Assembly (NCBI GenBank): GCA_964291215.2
Contig: OZ219791.1
Location: 2,688,001 to 2,752,000, forward strand
Reading direction: 5' to 3'
Source: Alphaproteobacteria bacterium
GTDB lineage: Bacteria > Pseudomonadota > Alphaproteobacteria > MPNO01 > UBA830
DNA: 64,000 bases
This document shows, piece after piece, positions 9,617 through 21,856 of this stretch (position 1 is the first letter of the stretch; every line of letters begins with the position of its first letter). The position numbers were made by a program, and so were the translations under genes. The notes below the pieces were generated by a model. That model had not been told where the DNA came from, did not search any database, and saw nothing but the letters and a program-made list of their open reading frames with translations.

Positions 9617-11761
9617 CTGCCGAGTAATGACAATTACGACGTGACGTCGCGGGTCTGAATGTATTGCAAGGGTTGCCGCTGTCCGGCCCGGAAGCCGACT
9701 TGATGGCCAAGAACGGCGCTGGGTCGCGCCACATGACCTGGTGTCCGGGCTCGGGTTGCGATTCTGGTACCCGCCGAGATGGGCCACCAGGCGGACGGCA
9801 TCCCCGAGGCGGTCGGCATGCGCTTCTCGGCGGCGTAGTCGCGCAGGAAGCTCAGCTCCTGATCGGTGAACATCAGCTCGGGCTCACAGTCGGGAACCTG
9901 CCGCAGGGTCATGACCATGATGCGCGATGACGGCGTTGATGGCGATGGCCCGCTGCAGTCGTTCTGCGGTCCGGAACAGCAGGAACTCGGTGCGACAGCC
10001 TGACTTGAGGATGCGGAAGAAGTCTTCGACCTTCCACCTCTGGAGGTAGAACCATCCTGGCGGCGTCCTCGGCGCTGCGCACCTTGAGCGTGGTGAGCAG
10101 GAACCACTGCACCGGGTTCTCGGGAGGATCGGTTTCGATGATGTGGACACCGGAAAGGGCGAGCGGCCTTCGAGGGTGGAGGGCAAGGCGGCGGAACCGC
10201 AGTGCGTACTGAGCCACGCGTTTGCGTCGGGCGCCTTCGTTCGGCTCGCCTTCGGACGCTCGCCGTCGACGGTGATGCCGCCTGCGCTCAAGGTTGCAAA
10301 CAGCGCGCCCCTTGCCGAGAACCCGGTCATGCAGGAGCCCGACCCGTGGGTTGATGACAGCTCGAAGAAGTCCGCTTCCCGATCACGGACCGAGATCACC
10401 CGCGTCGTGACGTCGCGAACCGCTTCGTCGATGTCCTTGAAGCCTTCCGCGCCGGCTCTTCAACCGCTCCTCGGCCGCCGGGGAGCGCTGCTTCACCGCA
10501 TCGAACCCCAGAACCTCGAGCGGCAACCCCGTCTCGCTCACCGCCAGCGTCGCATGCAGGCCCCGGGCCGACGAGGAGGTCTGGTTCTTGCCGATGACCT
10601 GCAGACCTTCGCATCCGCCGGGAGAAATCGAGGTCGCTGGATTGCCAGCACGGTCGTTTGGCCCCGGATCGTGCGCTCCCGATGCGGAGCAAGAATGTTC
10701 GCCACCGCACTCTACACCGGCTTCTCGATCAAGCGGCAGAAAGCACTGATCGCCGTGTTGTCGGCATCCGTGCTCGCGTGAATCCGGGACAGGAGGCCAG
10801 AAGAGCCGCACTCTTCACCAGGCGTGCCGACAGTCGCTTGTCACCCGCCCCTCCGAATTCGTTCACCGCCCACACCGCACCATCCAGACCGTCTCCGGGC
10901 CCCGGCAGGAGCGACCGGACCCACCCCCAGCTTGCGTCGCCGATCCAGACCGCGCATCCATTGACCGTCTTGGCAGCGCGATGGTGACGATCCTGACGAC
11001 CCTTCGTCCGCCCCGCACACACGAAGTTCGCAGCCCGCAGGCAGGTCCCGGCCCTCGTCCGCACAGGTTTCCACCACCAAGGGACGGAATCCATACCGGG
11101 CCTCGAAGTCCCTCGGCAGACGCCGGAGAAGCCGCCCCGGAACATGGCTCCCGGCACCGCACCCGAAGCAGAAACCGACTCGGACAGACCACCCGATGAT
11201 CCCGTCGCCGGGACGGCGCCATCCAGCGGTCGCGGGCCCGTCAACGCCGCCGCCGAGATCCCGACCGCACCCAGGATCCCGTGCTCCGAAGTCACAAGAT
11301 AGCGCACCTGACAGCCGGCAAACGTCGTCATGCCATGAGGATGCTCGCGCGCCGTGTTCCATACCGTTCGCTCCGAAACCTCGGTCACCACCGACAACCG
11401 CACCTGCGCAATCCCTGACAGACGGGACGGCACCCCGACAGGCACTTCTCCGTCAAGAAGACGCGGAGAGTTGTCCACGGCAGCAGCCTGCGCCGCCGGA
11501 AGCCGGATCTCACGACGATGCCAACGTGGTCAGGGCCTTCAGACAACTCGACAGCTGCCAACGCCCGGCCGCGTCCCGGAACGAAAACTCTTCGCATATG
11601 GCTCGCAGCCCGACGGCCAGAGTGCTGCTCCTGCGACAGGATGGCAGCAACGCGCGCCCCGTCCTCGCGTAGAGTGTGAAGAATGCTGGATCGTGCCATC
11701 ATGGCTGCAAGCTGGCGCAGACCGAGCGGCACGTCCAGACCTAATTTTCATGACATGGCAG
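9617..11761 (-). mobile_element. IS4-family (IS50-like) element with DUF4338 module, degenerate
   Basis: TIRs CTGCCGAGTAATGACAATTA (9617) and CTGCCATGTCATGAAAATTA (reverse complement, ends 11761); 8-bp TSD GACTAGGT at 9609-9616 and 11762-11769; fragments DREADFFEL, WFLLTT, Y.QRWKVEDFFRILKSGC, EFGGAGDKRLSARL, GCQVRYLV.SEHG.LG. Confidence 0.85.
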
Positions 11762-11769
11762 GACTAGGT

Positions 11770-12272
11770 CGTGAAGCCCCGAGATCGGTTGCGTCAGAAT
11801 TTGCAATTTTTGGCAAGCATCGAAGTGGAGCTTTTCATAGGCTGTAAGGCGAATATAGTTCTGCGACTTATTTGAGTTATACAGAATTGATATAATTTTA
11901 CTGTTACCCTGTTCGATTAACTTGACCAAGTGTCGGCTGCAGGATTTTTTGACTGTTTCCGGTAGTAAGCCTTTACAGGATAGAAGACGGATTGAGAGTG
12001 TGCTAAATTGGTCGACATTTGGCAAAGAATTTGTTGTCGAAAGGCTCTGGAAAATATCGGAGAAAGAAGGAGTTTTTTGCTCCGGAAAATCTGCTAATTT
12101 AAGTAGTGTGCGACGTATACTTTTTCTGGCCGAGTCTCAGTCAAGCGATCCAGAGGAATATTACTCGATATTCCATTCTATGACTTCGGCAGGAGAAAGA
12201 ATGTGGTCCATGAGAGATCCTTGGCTTGGTCCGAATGGTATATGGCGGACTGACGTTGCCGCAAACCATTGA
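11770..12272. other. Low-GC remnant; its minus-strand frame rejoins 9477-9616 across the IS4 TSD
   Basis: AT-rich; minus frame ...ISGLHDLV continues in frame as DLVSRRQSLMKML...KSTY* once the IS is removed. No family recognised. Confidence 0.35.
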
Positions 12273-12283
12273 TTGTTCTCGCC

Positions 12284-14729
12284 TCACGTGGCGGTGTATT
12301 CATTGGTGACCGTCGGTTCTCGACTGAGCCGCGCTCGCCAGTCCCGAATCGTTGCAAGCTCGATCCCCGCTGTGGCGGCGGCGGCCCGGTCGAGGGCATC
12401 GCGCAGGTCGTCGTCCGCCGCGTTCTTCCAGGGTTCGACCGGCATACCCTTGGTCTGCTCGAACGCTTCGGCAAGCGCAACTGCGCTTGATGTCCTGAAG
12501 TCCGGAACGGGCAGCGTGGCAAGCTCGGCCTGCGAAAACGACGGGTTGGTCAACTTCGTTCCTCGCCTCATCAGGAAGCCGAGCGCACCGAGTGTGCTGC
12601 TGCACCAGGCACACAGCGCCCTCGTCCCTTCTGTGCTTGTATCCTGGATGGGAACCCACATCGACCCCAGAGCCGGCCGGCCGCTGAAAATCGCGAGAAG
12701 CCGGCCGGAAGTCGTGTTGAACTTCGCCGCCAGCAGGATGTATCCGGCCTGTTGCCGGTAGCGGGCGGCGAGCGCCGGCTTCTTGTCCGTCACCGCCTGT
12801 TCCGGAACCGCCTCCATCGTCGTCCGCAGATCCTTCGAGCGTCCCCAGAACACGCGGTAGCCGTCGCCATCATTCTCAACCGGACGAAACGCGTCCCGAA
12901 TCCGCCGCCCCGCCGGACCCAGCCGATATTGGCTTCCCAGCGGCACGAGCGATGTCTCCCGTTCGAGACGCATGGCGGCGCCAACCAGCTCCGGATCCAG
13001 AAACTGGCAGGGCCGCCAGTCTCCCGCTCGGACCTGCATCTCCGGCTGTTCGTAAACGGTAAACCACTCGCTCACAGCACCCATTTCGATGGCTTCTGCA
13101 GCCTTGATCGCTTCCTCGGGCGTTGCGGGCATGGTGCGCAGCGCAACGAAGCGGGTAGGCTGAGCCTTGCCGGCGCCGTCTTCGTTCCGACGACGGCATA
13201 TCAGCAGCGATTCATGAATCGCGGTGTTCTCGCTGAAGTTGGGTCGGCGCGGATCGTGGCTGGTCACGACGGTTTCGATCTGGAAGCGCTCGGCAAGAAA
13301 GCGGCGTTCCGCCGTCCCGCTTGGGCCAGTGCAAGCTGTGGTGGGAATAACCATGGCAAGCAGGCCAGAGGCGTTCCGGACGAGCATATCCGCAAGGGGA
13401 GTGAAAAATGTCCGGATGCTGTTCGCCGTCACGGCGGCGCCCGCAAGCGGGTCTCTCTGCGCAAGCCGCGTCTGCATGTCGAGTTGGTAGCGCTGCATGG
13501 CCTTGCGACCGTCGGCGCCGTACTTCCTGCTTCGGTTCTCGTTCGCGGTGAACGGCGCGTTCATGATCACAGCGTCGAGGTTCCGCAGCGGGAACCGGAT
13601 CTCCGTACTTTCGTTGACTTGGGCGGCATCCAGGCCTTCGAGCGACCGGGGCGGCGCGATCAAGGACGCAAGGCTTGCCCGGGAGTCTTCCGTCGCCGTC
13701 AGGATCTCCAGCGATCCCGCCTTCGGCGGTCCTTCCGCCTGCGGACCATGAGGCATGGTGACCAGATTCATGCGCGCATAATCGACGGTCGGGGCACCGA
13801 GGGTCATGTTGCACGCGGCCAACTGGATTCCGTGCTGGTTGATGTCGAGACCGCAGAGAACATCCTCCACGAGATGCCTGTGCAGGGCGTTTCGATCCGC
13901 GTCGCTCATCTCCCCGGATTCGGAGACCCGGGCCTTGATGGTCTGGAAGGCGGCCATGAGCAGCGTTCCGGTCCCGCACGCAGGATCGATGAGCCGGAGT
14001 TTCCCCACGGCTTGCGGATCGGACCAGTCGATCAGATCCCGGGCAAGACGCGCCAGCATGACCGCCGACAGGTTGTTGGTATAGAACGCCCCGTCGCTCT
14101 TCGCGGAGCCGAGGATGCGATGGTAGAGCGGTCCCGCGTGGTCGTAGCCGAGATCGCTGAGCGAGTCGGCGACGCGATTGGCGCACTCGGCAAGCATGCG
14201 GATGGTGTCGTCGATGGCCTTGCTTTCGCGCAAGGCGGCCAGCACCGCGAGCGCGGGGCGGAACACCGGCGCATAGTCCTTTTCGAGGATCGCCTCCCAC
14301 GCGACTTCAAGGACCTCTCCGGGATGCTTCGCCCCCGAAACCTTGTCAAGCCGCACGATGGTCTTCATCTCCGGTTCGTCGCGCAGCCGGCGCTGCAGCA
14401 GGCAGGCGTTGCAGAGCATGAGCGCGGCGACCGTGCAGACCCCCTTCGCGCCGCCGTCGTCTTCGGGCACGAGGTCAAGCGCTGCCGCGAGCGGTTCCTC
14501 CATCGCTTCGTCCTGAAGCACGGTGCTGGCGTGACGGACTGCGTCGGTAATCTCATCCGCGACGACCTGCCCGGGCTTGCCGAGCCCCGACGCCGCGGCG
14601 ACATGTGCGTAAATCCCCTGCTCGGCCTCCTTCAGATCAAGTTCACGCTGGATGTACTCTCCTTCTGTCTCTCGAACCTGGCCGCCGGCCGATTCCCCCG
14701 GTGCCGTCGCGCCGGACTGTTCGTAAACC
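12284..14729 (-). pseudogene. 3' part (N6-adenine methyltransferase plus target-recognition region) of a Type ISP-like restriction-modification enzyme
   Basis: GAFYT, IDPACGTGTLL, GLDIN and motif IV IMNAPF. The frame is open from the IS66 junction at 14729 to the stop at 12284. Confidence 0.8.
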
Positions 14730-16195
14730 GTATCTACTCACCCCTAGTTGGGTTCCGATTGGTCGTGGTGCTCGTTGATGATGTCTGCGGCTTTTCCGTC
14801 GAGGGCGATCTGGGTGGCGACGTGATGATTGTAGCCGAGTGTGGCCATGGAGGTGAGGTAGCTTGAGCCCCATGCTTTTGCGTGGAGCGGAAGCATCCGG
14901 ACACCTTGACCTTTGCCATCCTGATCTTCTGTTCTCCGGCATTGTTGGTGAAGCTGACGTCGGGGTTGTCTGTGAAGCGCAGGTTTTCGTGTTTCACGAG
15001 ACGTTCGTGCAGGTTGTGCGCGTTTGCTATGCGTTTTCCTTTCGGCGGGATGTCGGGCAGTTCCCTGGCGCCCTGATGGTGCGGTAGCGCCCGGCCTCGT
15101 TCAGAGTCCTGGATGCGCTCTTGTTGACCTTGTGGCAGACCTCGCGGAGCAGGCTCTTCATCAGTCGCGCGGCAGCCTCGACGACGAAGGTCAGTTCGCG
15201 CAGCAGGTGGCTGCCGCACAACTGGTGGCTACACTGCCATGTACGAGGCCCAGGACGCCCTTGTAGCACGGGCCGATCTCTTGCCCGCGCTTGCGGTGCG
15301 GGAACTTGCACGTCCCGACGACATGGAGCCACTTGCTGTTGATCCGAAATCGTCGACATCGGGCGTTGCAGGAGGTGCGCCACGGCGGCCTCCTCCCATG
15401 ACGCATCGTGAAAGCATGGCCGAGGCCTCGGAGAGCTTGATATCGCCTGCACGAGCGCGACGGCGCAGGGACAGCATCCGGGCGACCAGCAGGTTGATGA
15501 CGAGGGCCTGGATGCCGTACTGCACGGGATGTTGTCGGGGAACCGGGCCTTGCACTTCGGGCATTCCTCGGCGTCGACGCGGCGCGACCTCGAACACGAT
15601 GTCGTGCGGCGCTCGACGGGGTCGGCGCCGCAGGCGTCGCAGGCCGCGACCGTCTCCTCGACGATGGCAGGTTGTCGCCCATCTGCCGGTTCGGCTTCGG
15701 GCCCTTGCTCCCGGCACGCTCTTGTCCGTCTGTGACGGCGGCAGACCGGAGTTCCGGCTCGTGCGTGGTCTTCTCCAGAAGGACGACGATGAGGATGTCG
15801 AGGATCACGGCCTCTTCCGCCACCTTGCCGGCAGCGCCGCGGTCCTGGCCGCTTCGAACTCCTCGCGCGCCGCCCGTCGCCATCACCCGGCCTCGACGGT
15901 CATGATCGTTGCGAGCATCGCCTGGCGCTCGCCCGGCGGCATCTTCCGGTACTCCGCCTTGCGCTTCATCAGCGCGCCGCCTCCGAGATGCGTTTCCACA
16001 TACAGATCATGCGGAGGCTGGAGCCCCGGAAGCAGCTGGCACAGCCCGCTCGTCGCCTTCGATCCAAAGTAGCCCACTGGCGGTCCCCGTCGTTCTTGAT
16101 GACCACCACTAAACGAATCGGGTGTCAAATCTCCACGAAAACCCGTTCGTTACTCTACCCCGACATCAAGCCGGAACCAGGGGGTGAGCAGTTAC
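14730..16195 (-). mobile_element. IS66-family (single-ORF, ISBst12-like) element copy 1, degenerate, with DNA methylase passenger remnant
   Basis: TIRs GTATCTACTCACCCC / GTAACTGCTCACCCC; 8-bp TSD CGTAAACC at 14722-14729 and 16196-16203; fragments WLHVVG, HQLCGSHLLREL, FTNNAGEQKIRMAKVK.SGCFRS. Confidence 0.9.
15883..16077 (-). pseudogene. Internally deleted Dam-like DNA adenine methylase inside IS66 copy 1
   Basis: GYFGSKATSGLCQ...PPHDLYVETHLGGGALMKRK resembles the N-terminus and motif I of Dam-class MTases; only 64 codons remain. Confidence 0.6.
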
Positions 16196-18161
16196 CGTAA
16201 ACCTTAATGAAATTGGCAGGAGACTCCGCAAGGCGCCCGTCGTGGGCCTGGAGCGCTCGCAGCACCCGCCCGACCGTCCTGTAGCCCTCCGTGCCTCGCT
16301 CAAGCGCGGCCACGACATCCTGGTCCGGTGCGACGACAACCGGAATGATGATGTAGCCGAAGCGCTTCCCCGGCGCCTTTCGCATCACCCGTCCGACCGC
16401 CTGCACGACATCGACCTGGCTGTCCCGGGGGTCAAGGAAGGCAACGGCGTCGAGCGACGGCACATCCACGCCTTCGGTAAAGAGCTTGACGTTGCACACC
16501 ACCCGGCATTCCCCGTCCGCGTCGGCATGGGCCAGCGTGCGAAGTTCCTGATTGCGTTGCAGCGCGCTGGACGATGCATCGAGGTGCTGCGCGACAACTT
16601 TCATCGCCCGTCCGGCCTGCATTCGCCGGGTGGTGGCCCTCAGGACCTCGCTCTCCATGAGCGCTTCTGCATACCACTTCGAACGCGCAATGCTGTTGGC
16701 AAACGCCATCGTGCGCGGGAGCTTGCCCGGCTGCTCCAGCGCCTTGCCTTCGGTAACGCCATTCAAGGCGAGCGAGACGCCAAGCACGCGCGTCATGTCG
16801 TTGGTGGTCGGCGCCTGCTTGCCCTCCGCCGACTGGTCGATCCCTTCGAGGCGTCGCCGCAAGCCGGGCGTCACGCTCCCCTCGCCGACGCCGAGGACAA
16901 TCACCCGATAGTCGGAGAGCATGTCGTGATTTACGGCCTTGGCGAACGGCAGCCGATGAAGCTCCGGCCCGTAGACTTCGTAGTCACCCATGTCGACAAC
17001 GGCGATCCCCTGTTCGGCGAGCCTGCCCCTGGAGCGTTCGGTGTAGAGCCGCGGCGTGGCCGTCATGTAGAGGCGCTTGTGAGACTTCAGCCGCGCGTCG
17101 TCGTGAAACTCCTGGAAATCGACCTTGCGGCCATTGCCGGACTTGCGTCCGTCGAGAACCGCTCCGGTCGTGCGGTGTGCCTCGTCGGCGATGGCGAGAT
17201 CGAATGCCGGTGCGCCATGCAGCGCCTGAGCCTCGGTCACTCGCCCCAACGAATGGTAGGTGCAGAACACGACACGGGTCGCGCCGTTGCCGACGAGCGA
17301 CTGCGCGATCTCGCCGGGATCCGTCGTCACCGGGCATTCAAGCTCGGAGATCCGGATATCCTCGTTCTCGTTGCGTCCACCGGCCGTCGGGTCCGAATAC
17401 ACCACGATGCATGCAAGCTTGCGCGTCGTCTGACGCAGCCACTCCCGCCGCGCCTGCGAAACCAGCGCGATGGTCGGGGCGGCAAACAGGATCCGTTGTC
17501 CGTCCTCGACGATTTGCTCGGCGATGCGAAGGGACGTGAATGTCTTGCCCGTACCGCACGCCATGATGAGGCGGCCCCGGTCGTGGTTGGCAAGCCCGGT
17601 TGCCATGTCCTCTATCGCGTCGGACTGAAGCGGCCATGGCGCCTGCACCGGGCGCCCGGCATCCCGCTCCTCGACCTGAACGTCGAGATACTGTCTGAAG
17701 TCGATTTGCCTGGCTTCGGGATGGGCGTTCTGGATCGCACGCTCCGCGTTCGGCCCCCATCTGCAAGTCGCCACGACCCACCGCAGGCGGAAGACCGGCT
17801 GTTGCGAGCCGCCGAGAAACTTGTCGATCCCGCTTTTGCCGAGCACATGCCGGTCGTCGTAGCACTTGCACTGAACAGCGACCCACTCGCCGGAGGAGCG
17901 TCGCGCCACCAGATCGATCCCGATGTCGCGCCCGTCAAGTCCGGTCAATGTCTCGCGCTCGGGCCACTCCGCCCAGCGCCAGATTCCGTCGATCTCGAAC
18001 TCCGGTTCCTGATACGCGATCCGCACGAACAACTGTTCGAACCAGCGTCCCTTCTCGGCCTCATCGCGGCTTTCCTTGCGAATGCGATCGAGAATGGCAC
18101 GTGCGCTCGGCCTTCCTGCGAGGTCCAGATTCATCTGACCTTCCGTCACGGCCTGGAGCAT
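16196..18161 (-). pseudogene. 5' part (Mrr-like nuclease plus SF2 helicase) of a Type ISP-like restriction-modification enzyme
   Basis: EKGRWFE, DIGIDLVA..VAVQCKCY (Mrr-like), MACGTGKT, DEAHRT, YMTATP, LFTEGVDVPSLD, VQAVGRVMRK. Confidence 0.85.
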
Positions 18162-18276
18162 CGCGACTCCTCGACCGCGGCGGTTCGGATGAGCGCATAC
18201 GATCGGATCTCGCATGCCAGCGCCGGTCCAATGGGTTGCTCTTCCCGCTCGCGAGCAAAGGCATCGTTTGCGATAC

Positions 18277-18702
18277 TCATCCGGCTGTCCACGGATCGAC
18301 GACCTGGATGTCGATGTCCTTGAAGTCCCGGACGTTGCGCGTCGCCACCGCCATATTCCGGGACCGGGCGATGGCCGCGATCTGGCAGTCTGCCGGCGCG
18401 ATGGGCCGGCCCGCCGAACGGCGCCGCGCCGCGATGTCGGCATATTCCCGCGCCGCTGCGCTGTCGAAGGGAAGGATGCGGCCTTCGAAGGCTTCGCCCA
18501 GCATGCGCTCAATGTCCGCCGTCAGGGTCTCCCGGCGTCGTCCCGCTGCTAAGATCGCCGCGCCATAGCGCAGTTCCGCCTCGCCGATAGCGGAGAAGAA
18601 TAGGTCGTGCAGCGAATGGGCGGCGGCCCAGCCTCCTACTGCCGCATCGGGTGATCGGCGGACCAACTCGGATACTACATTCGTGTCGACCAGTACGGCC
18701 AT
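18277..18702 (-). CDS. vapC: VapC/FitB PIN-domain toxin
   Basis: VDTNVVSE, AELRYG, ILPFD..AA..Y, ADCQIAAIA, ATRNVRDF. Confidence 0.9.
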   Translation of the reverse strand: MAVLVDTNVVSELVRRSPDAAVGGWAAAHSLHDLFFSAIGEAELRYGAAILAAGRRRETLTADIERMLGEAFEGRILPFDSAAAREYADIAARRRSAGRPIAPADCQIAAIARSRNMAVATRNVRDFKDIDIQVVDPWTAG

Positions 18703-18712
18703 CGCGCCAAGC

Positions 18713-18955
18713 TCAATCGAAGGACGGCGGCTCGCGCCCGGGCTCGCGCAGCGGCAATTCCAGATCTATCCCGTTGTTCGGCCCGAAATACGAACGGGCA
18801 ATCTCCGCGAGGTTCCGCGTGGGCCGCCCGCGCTCGACAGCCTCGTGTAGAATGATGCGCACTTCTTCCTCCATTGATCGGCGATGCTCGGCGGCACGCA
18901 CGCGCAGGCGCGTCTTCACCTCGTCGTCGAGATTGCGGATCGTGATACTCGCCAT
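18713..18955 (-). CDS. FitA-like ribbon-helix-helix antitoxin
   Basis: MASITIRNLDDEVKTRLRVRAAEHRRSMEEEVRIIL, directly upstream of the PIN toxin. Confidence 0.9.
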   Translation of the reverse strand: MASITIRNLDDEVKTRLRVRAAEHRRSMEEEVRIILHEAVERGRPTRNLAEIARSYFGPNNGIDLELPLREPGREPPSFD

Positions 18956-19399
18956 GCCCCTGCCCTCCGCCCGTCGGCGCGCCATTCTATCTGCGTCGGC
19001 GATGCCATCAAGGGGTCGCGCATCCCGACCGGCAAGTGCGGGCATGCTCGCGCCACGCCTGCTGGTATCTGTATAGCCATCAAGGCAGCTTCTGCCGATC
19101 ACTGCTCCGGAAGTCTCGCATTGCGAAGAGGCAGGTCGAGATCGTGAGCGGGGCGGTAGTTGGCGCTCAGGAAGGGGACGCAGCCACCATTTTCTTTCAC
19201 CCGACTGGAGGAGCACAGCGTCATGCAGGCCGCACTCGCACCGCGTGGCGACGCGCGCACCTTTCTCACCGACTTCGGCGGCGGCGGCTTTGATGACGAC
19301 CGCTACGTCATCCAGCGCTACCTGTCCCGGGCCGACGGCGTCAGACCGAAAGGACGGCGCAAGCCGTGCCCGGTCATCGTCTTGCTGAAGGTGGTTGAG

Positions 19400-19570
19400 A
19401 GGATGCGTCCGGCCTGTGACGAGATCATCGGCAGGTGGATTCCTGCACGGAAGCGAACATCGGGGCCAAGCGGCTTGGCAAGGCCGAGCCAACGTTCCGT
19501 CACGCGCAGCAGGATCAGCCCGCCGTCCGACGGGATCCAACTGCTCTCGAAATCAGCGGTCATCCGTGGT
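19400..19570 (-). mobile_element. IS1380-family transposase N-terminal fragment
   Basis: ADFESSWIPSDGGLILLRVTERWLGL resembles the F.GG.ISSDGGL.LLR..E..LGL motif. Confidence 0.5.
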
Positions 19571-19672
19571 TCAACGCCGGAGAAAGGACGACCACGGGCT
19601 CGCATGGGCGGATACGGAAGATGCATCATGTGCGCCGCGTCGGTGCTCTGGCTCCCGGGAAATTCGTTCGGC

Positions 19673-20006
19673 CTACTCGGGACCGCGCTTCGGATCGGAT
19701 CGCGATGGCGATGAATTGACGGTGGCCTCGGGCACCAGCGTCGAGACGAACTGCAGAATCTTCTCGACTTCATTCTCGCGCCCGGCGACAATAAGGTCGC
19801 GCCGGAGAATCTGAGCGGCAAACAGCGCGGCCTTGGCGACCTGGACATCAAGCTCGGTGCGCGGCCATCCGCTCCGGTCGAGGGCTTCCATGGCGAGTTC
19901 GACCACCGAGCCGGTTGGCAGAAACCTTGCGCTGCTTGGCGGTTTTTTCGATGCGCCACCATTGCTTCGTCGTGACCCTGATGGTCTTCGTCAATGTCTC
20001 CGCCAT
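19673..20006 (-). pseudogene. Small RHH-like DNA-binding protein, frameshifted
   Basis: MAETLTKTIRVTTKQW.RIE..AKQRKVSAN, then a frame change to LVVELAMEALDR..WPRTE; beta-strand plus helix pattern. Confidence 0.45.
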
Positions 20007-21026
20007 CGGTCTATCCATCCTTTTCGGCAAGATTCGACCAACGTACGGGAATACGACAGCTTCGGGCATCTACAGCGCGTTGACCGCCGAACTGGAGGCC
20101 CGGGCGCTGAATCGGGGCGCATGCCCCACCATCCTTCCCACCCGCACGGCGTATGATGCCACCATACGTCGGGCGGGCCGGAGCAGTCAATCTGACTGCT
20201 TTTCAGGATCGAGGCAATCTGCGAGCCTTGGAGAATGGGGGCGAGCAGTCAGATTGACTGCTCGCAAGCCACTGGAACGACTTGAAAAACACGGATTGTG
20301 TGACGCGCGTATGCTCCGAGCATACGCTCGGCCCAAGACAGCCCTGTCGTTCCAAGTGATTGGAAACGCACGGAAAAGCGGTCAGGCGCGCGCCTGGCAT
20401 ACCTTCACCTTCATGTGAGTGGGGTGTGACGGTAAAACTCTGAACGGAGTCGAGATCGGGCGAAGTTGCCCTGCACACCACCATCGCCTGAAACGCCGGC
20501 GTCACAAGGGAATGGAGCCGTCGCGACGATTTAGCGAGACGCCCGGTCCACGATCTTCGAGCGCGTTCTGCGTTGTCGTCCGGTCGCAGAGGTAACAGAA
20601 CGCGGCGCGGCGTGCAAACGGCGGAGGGCAGTCTTCACACATGGCGCACCGGAGCCGGCGGCGTTACCTCGGCGACACGGGCGCCGCCGCACATGTTCCG
20701 CGGAACCGGTGGAGGCCGCGCACCTGTTACCGCGGTGGCAGCCGCGCGGATGCAGTGACGGTTGCACAGGCCGTTGTGATCGAAGGCGGCGACGGCGGCG
20801 CCTGCACGACTGCGGGCAGCAGTGCGAAGCACCGTGCCATGCTGGTCCGGCAGCAGCGCCGGCAGCGGGCGCGTCGGCAGTGCCGGCGGCACTGCCCCGG
20901 GCCAGGCGCAGTGGTCGGCGCACTTGTGCGCGGCGTGTTGCGGCGGCGGCGCGACGGGTATGCGCATATGGAGATGGACCGCACCGCCGCCGGAGCGGAG
21001 ACGACGCGGCCCGTGGGTGCTGCGTG

Positions 21027-21856
21027 TCAGGCGGCGCAGCGCATGACCGGGATGCCGAGGGTGCGGGCCTTGTCGACGAGGTTCTCCGTGATGCCGGAGC
21101 CGGGGAAGGCGATGACGCCCCTGGGCAGGAGGTTGAGCAGTTCGTCATTGCGCCGGAATGGAGCGGCGCGTCCGTGGCGGTCCCAGTCGGGCTTGCAGAC
21201 GATCTGGTGGACGGCATTGCGTTTGGCCCAGCTGGCGGCGATCTTCTCGACGCCGGGGTCGATGACGTCCTTGCCGCCGGCGATGGCGACGAGGGTTCCC
21301 TGGGGCAGGTGTGCCTGTGTCTTGCGGTCCTTGCGGGCGCGGACGAAGTCGCGGGCGTCGATGGCGGCGGAGGTCAGATGTCCGGTCTGGCTGCCGCGCC
21401 GGGGCCGCCATGTGTCGCCGGTGTCTGCTCGGTAGGCTTCGGCGGCCTCGTTGCGCAAGGTCTCGAAGGCGTCGCGGCGGTCGGAGAGGTTCCGGGCGCG
21501 GTGAGTTCCAGTTCCAGCGACCTGATCTCGGAGCCGTCCTGCGTGCGCTGGAGGTCCTGGAGTTCGGGGGTGAGCTTGTCGACGCTGCGGTCGAGGCGCT
21601 GTGCCTGGGCGTGGAGCATGTTGACGAAGCCCCAGAGGAGGTGTTCGCGTTCGTCGGCCATCTGGGTGCCGTCGGGCGCGACGCCCTGGCTGAGGATGCA
21701 GAAGGCTTCGTTGACGGCGCAGACGTCCTCGTCCCAGATCTCGCGGGCGTCGAACTCGTCGCGCTCCGGGGTTGCGCCGAAGAGTGCGGCGTTGTCGCAG
21801 ACGATCGCGGTTGCGGACTGTGCTGCGGTCTTGATGGTGTCGGTATTGAAGGTCAT
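21027..21856 (-). pseudogene. DUF2493 (YspA/SLOG-like) protein typical of alphaproteobacterial conjugative elements, frameshifted
   Basis: LLWGFVNMLH, Y...TG..WRPR.GS, TSAAIDARDF, PDWDRHGRAAPFRRNDELL, FPGSGITENLVDKAR; split over two frames. Confidence 0.75.

Noticed and set aside
12752-18323. Long plus-strand ORFs (704 aa, 693 aa) and similar ones such as 43031-45244 and 57587-60154
   Set aside because: Antisense shadows of real GC-rich genes; no recognisable motifs.
20420-20460. GGGGTGTGACGGTAAAAC as a Tn3-like terminal repeat
   Set aside because: No matching partner end or Tn3 transposase found.
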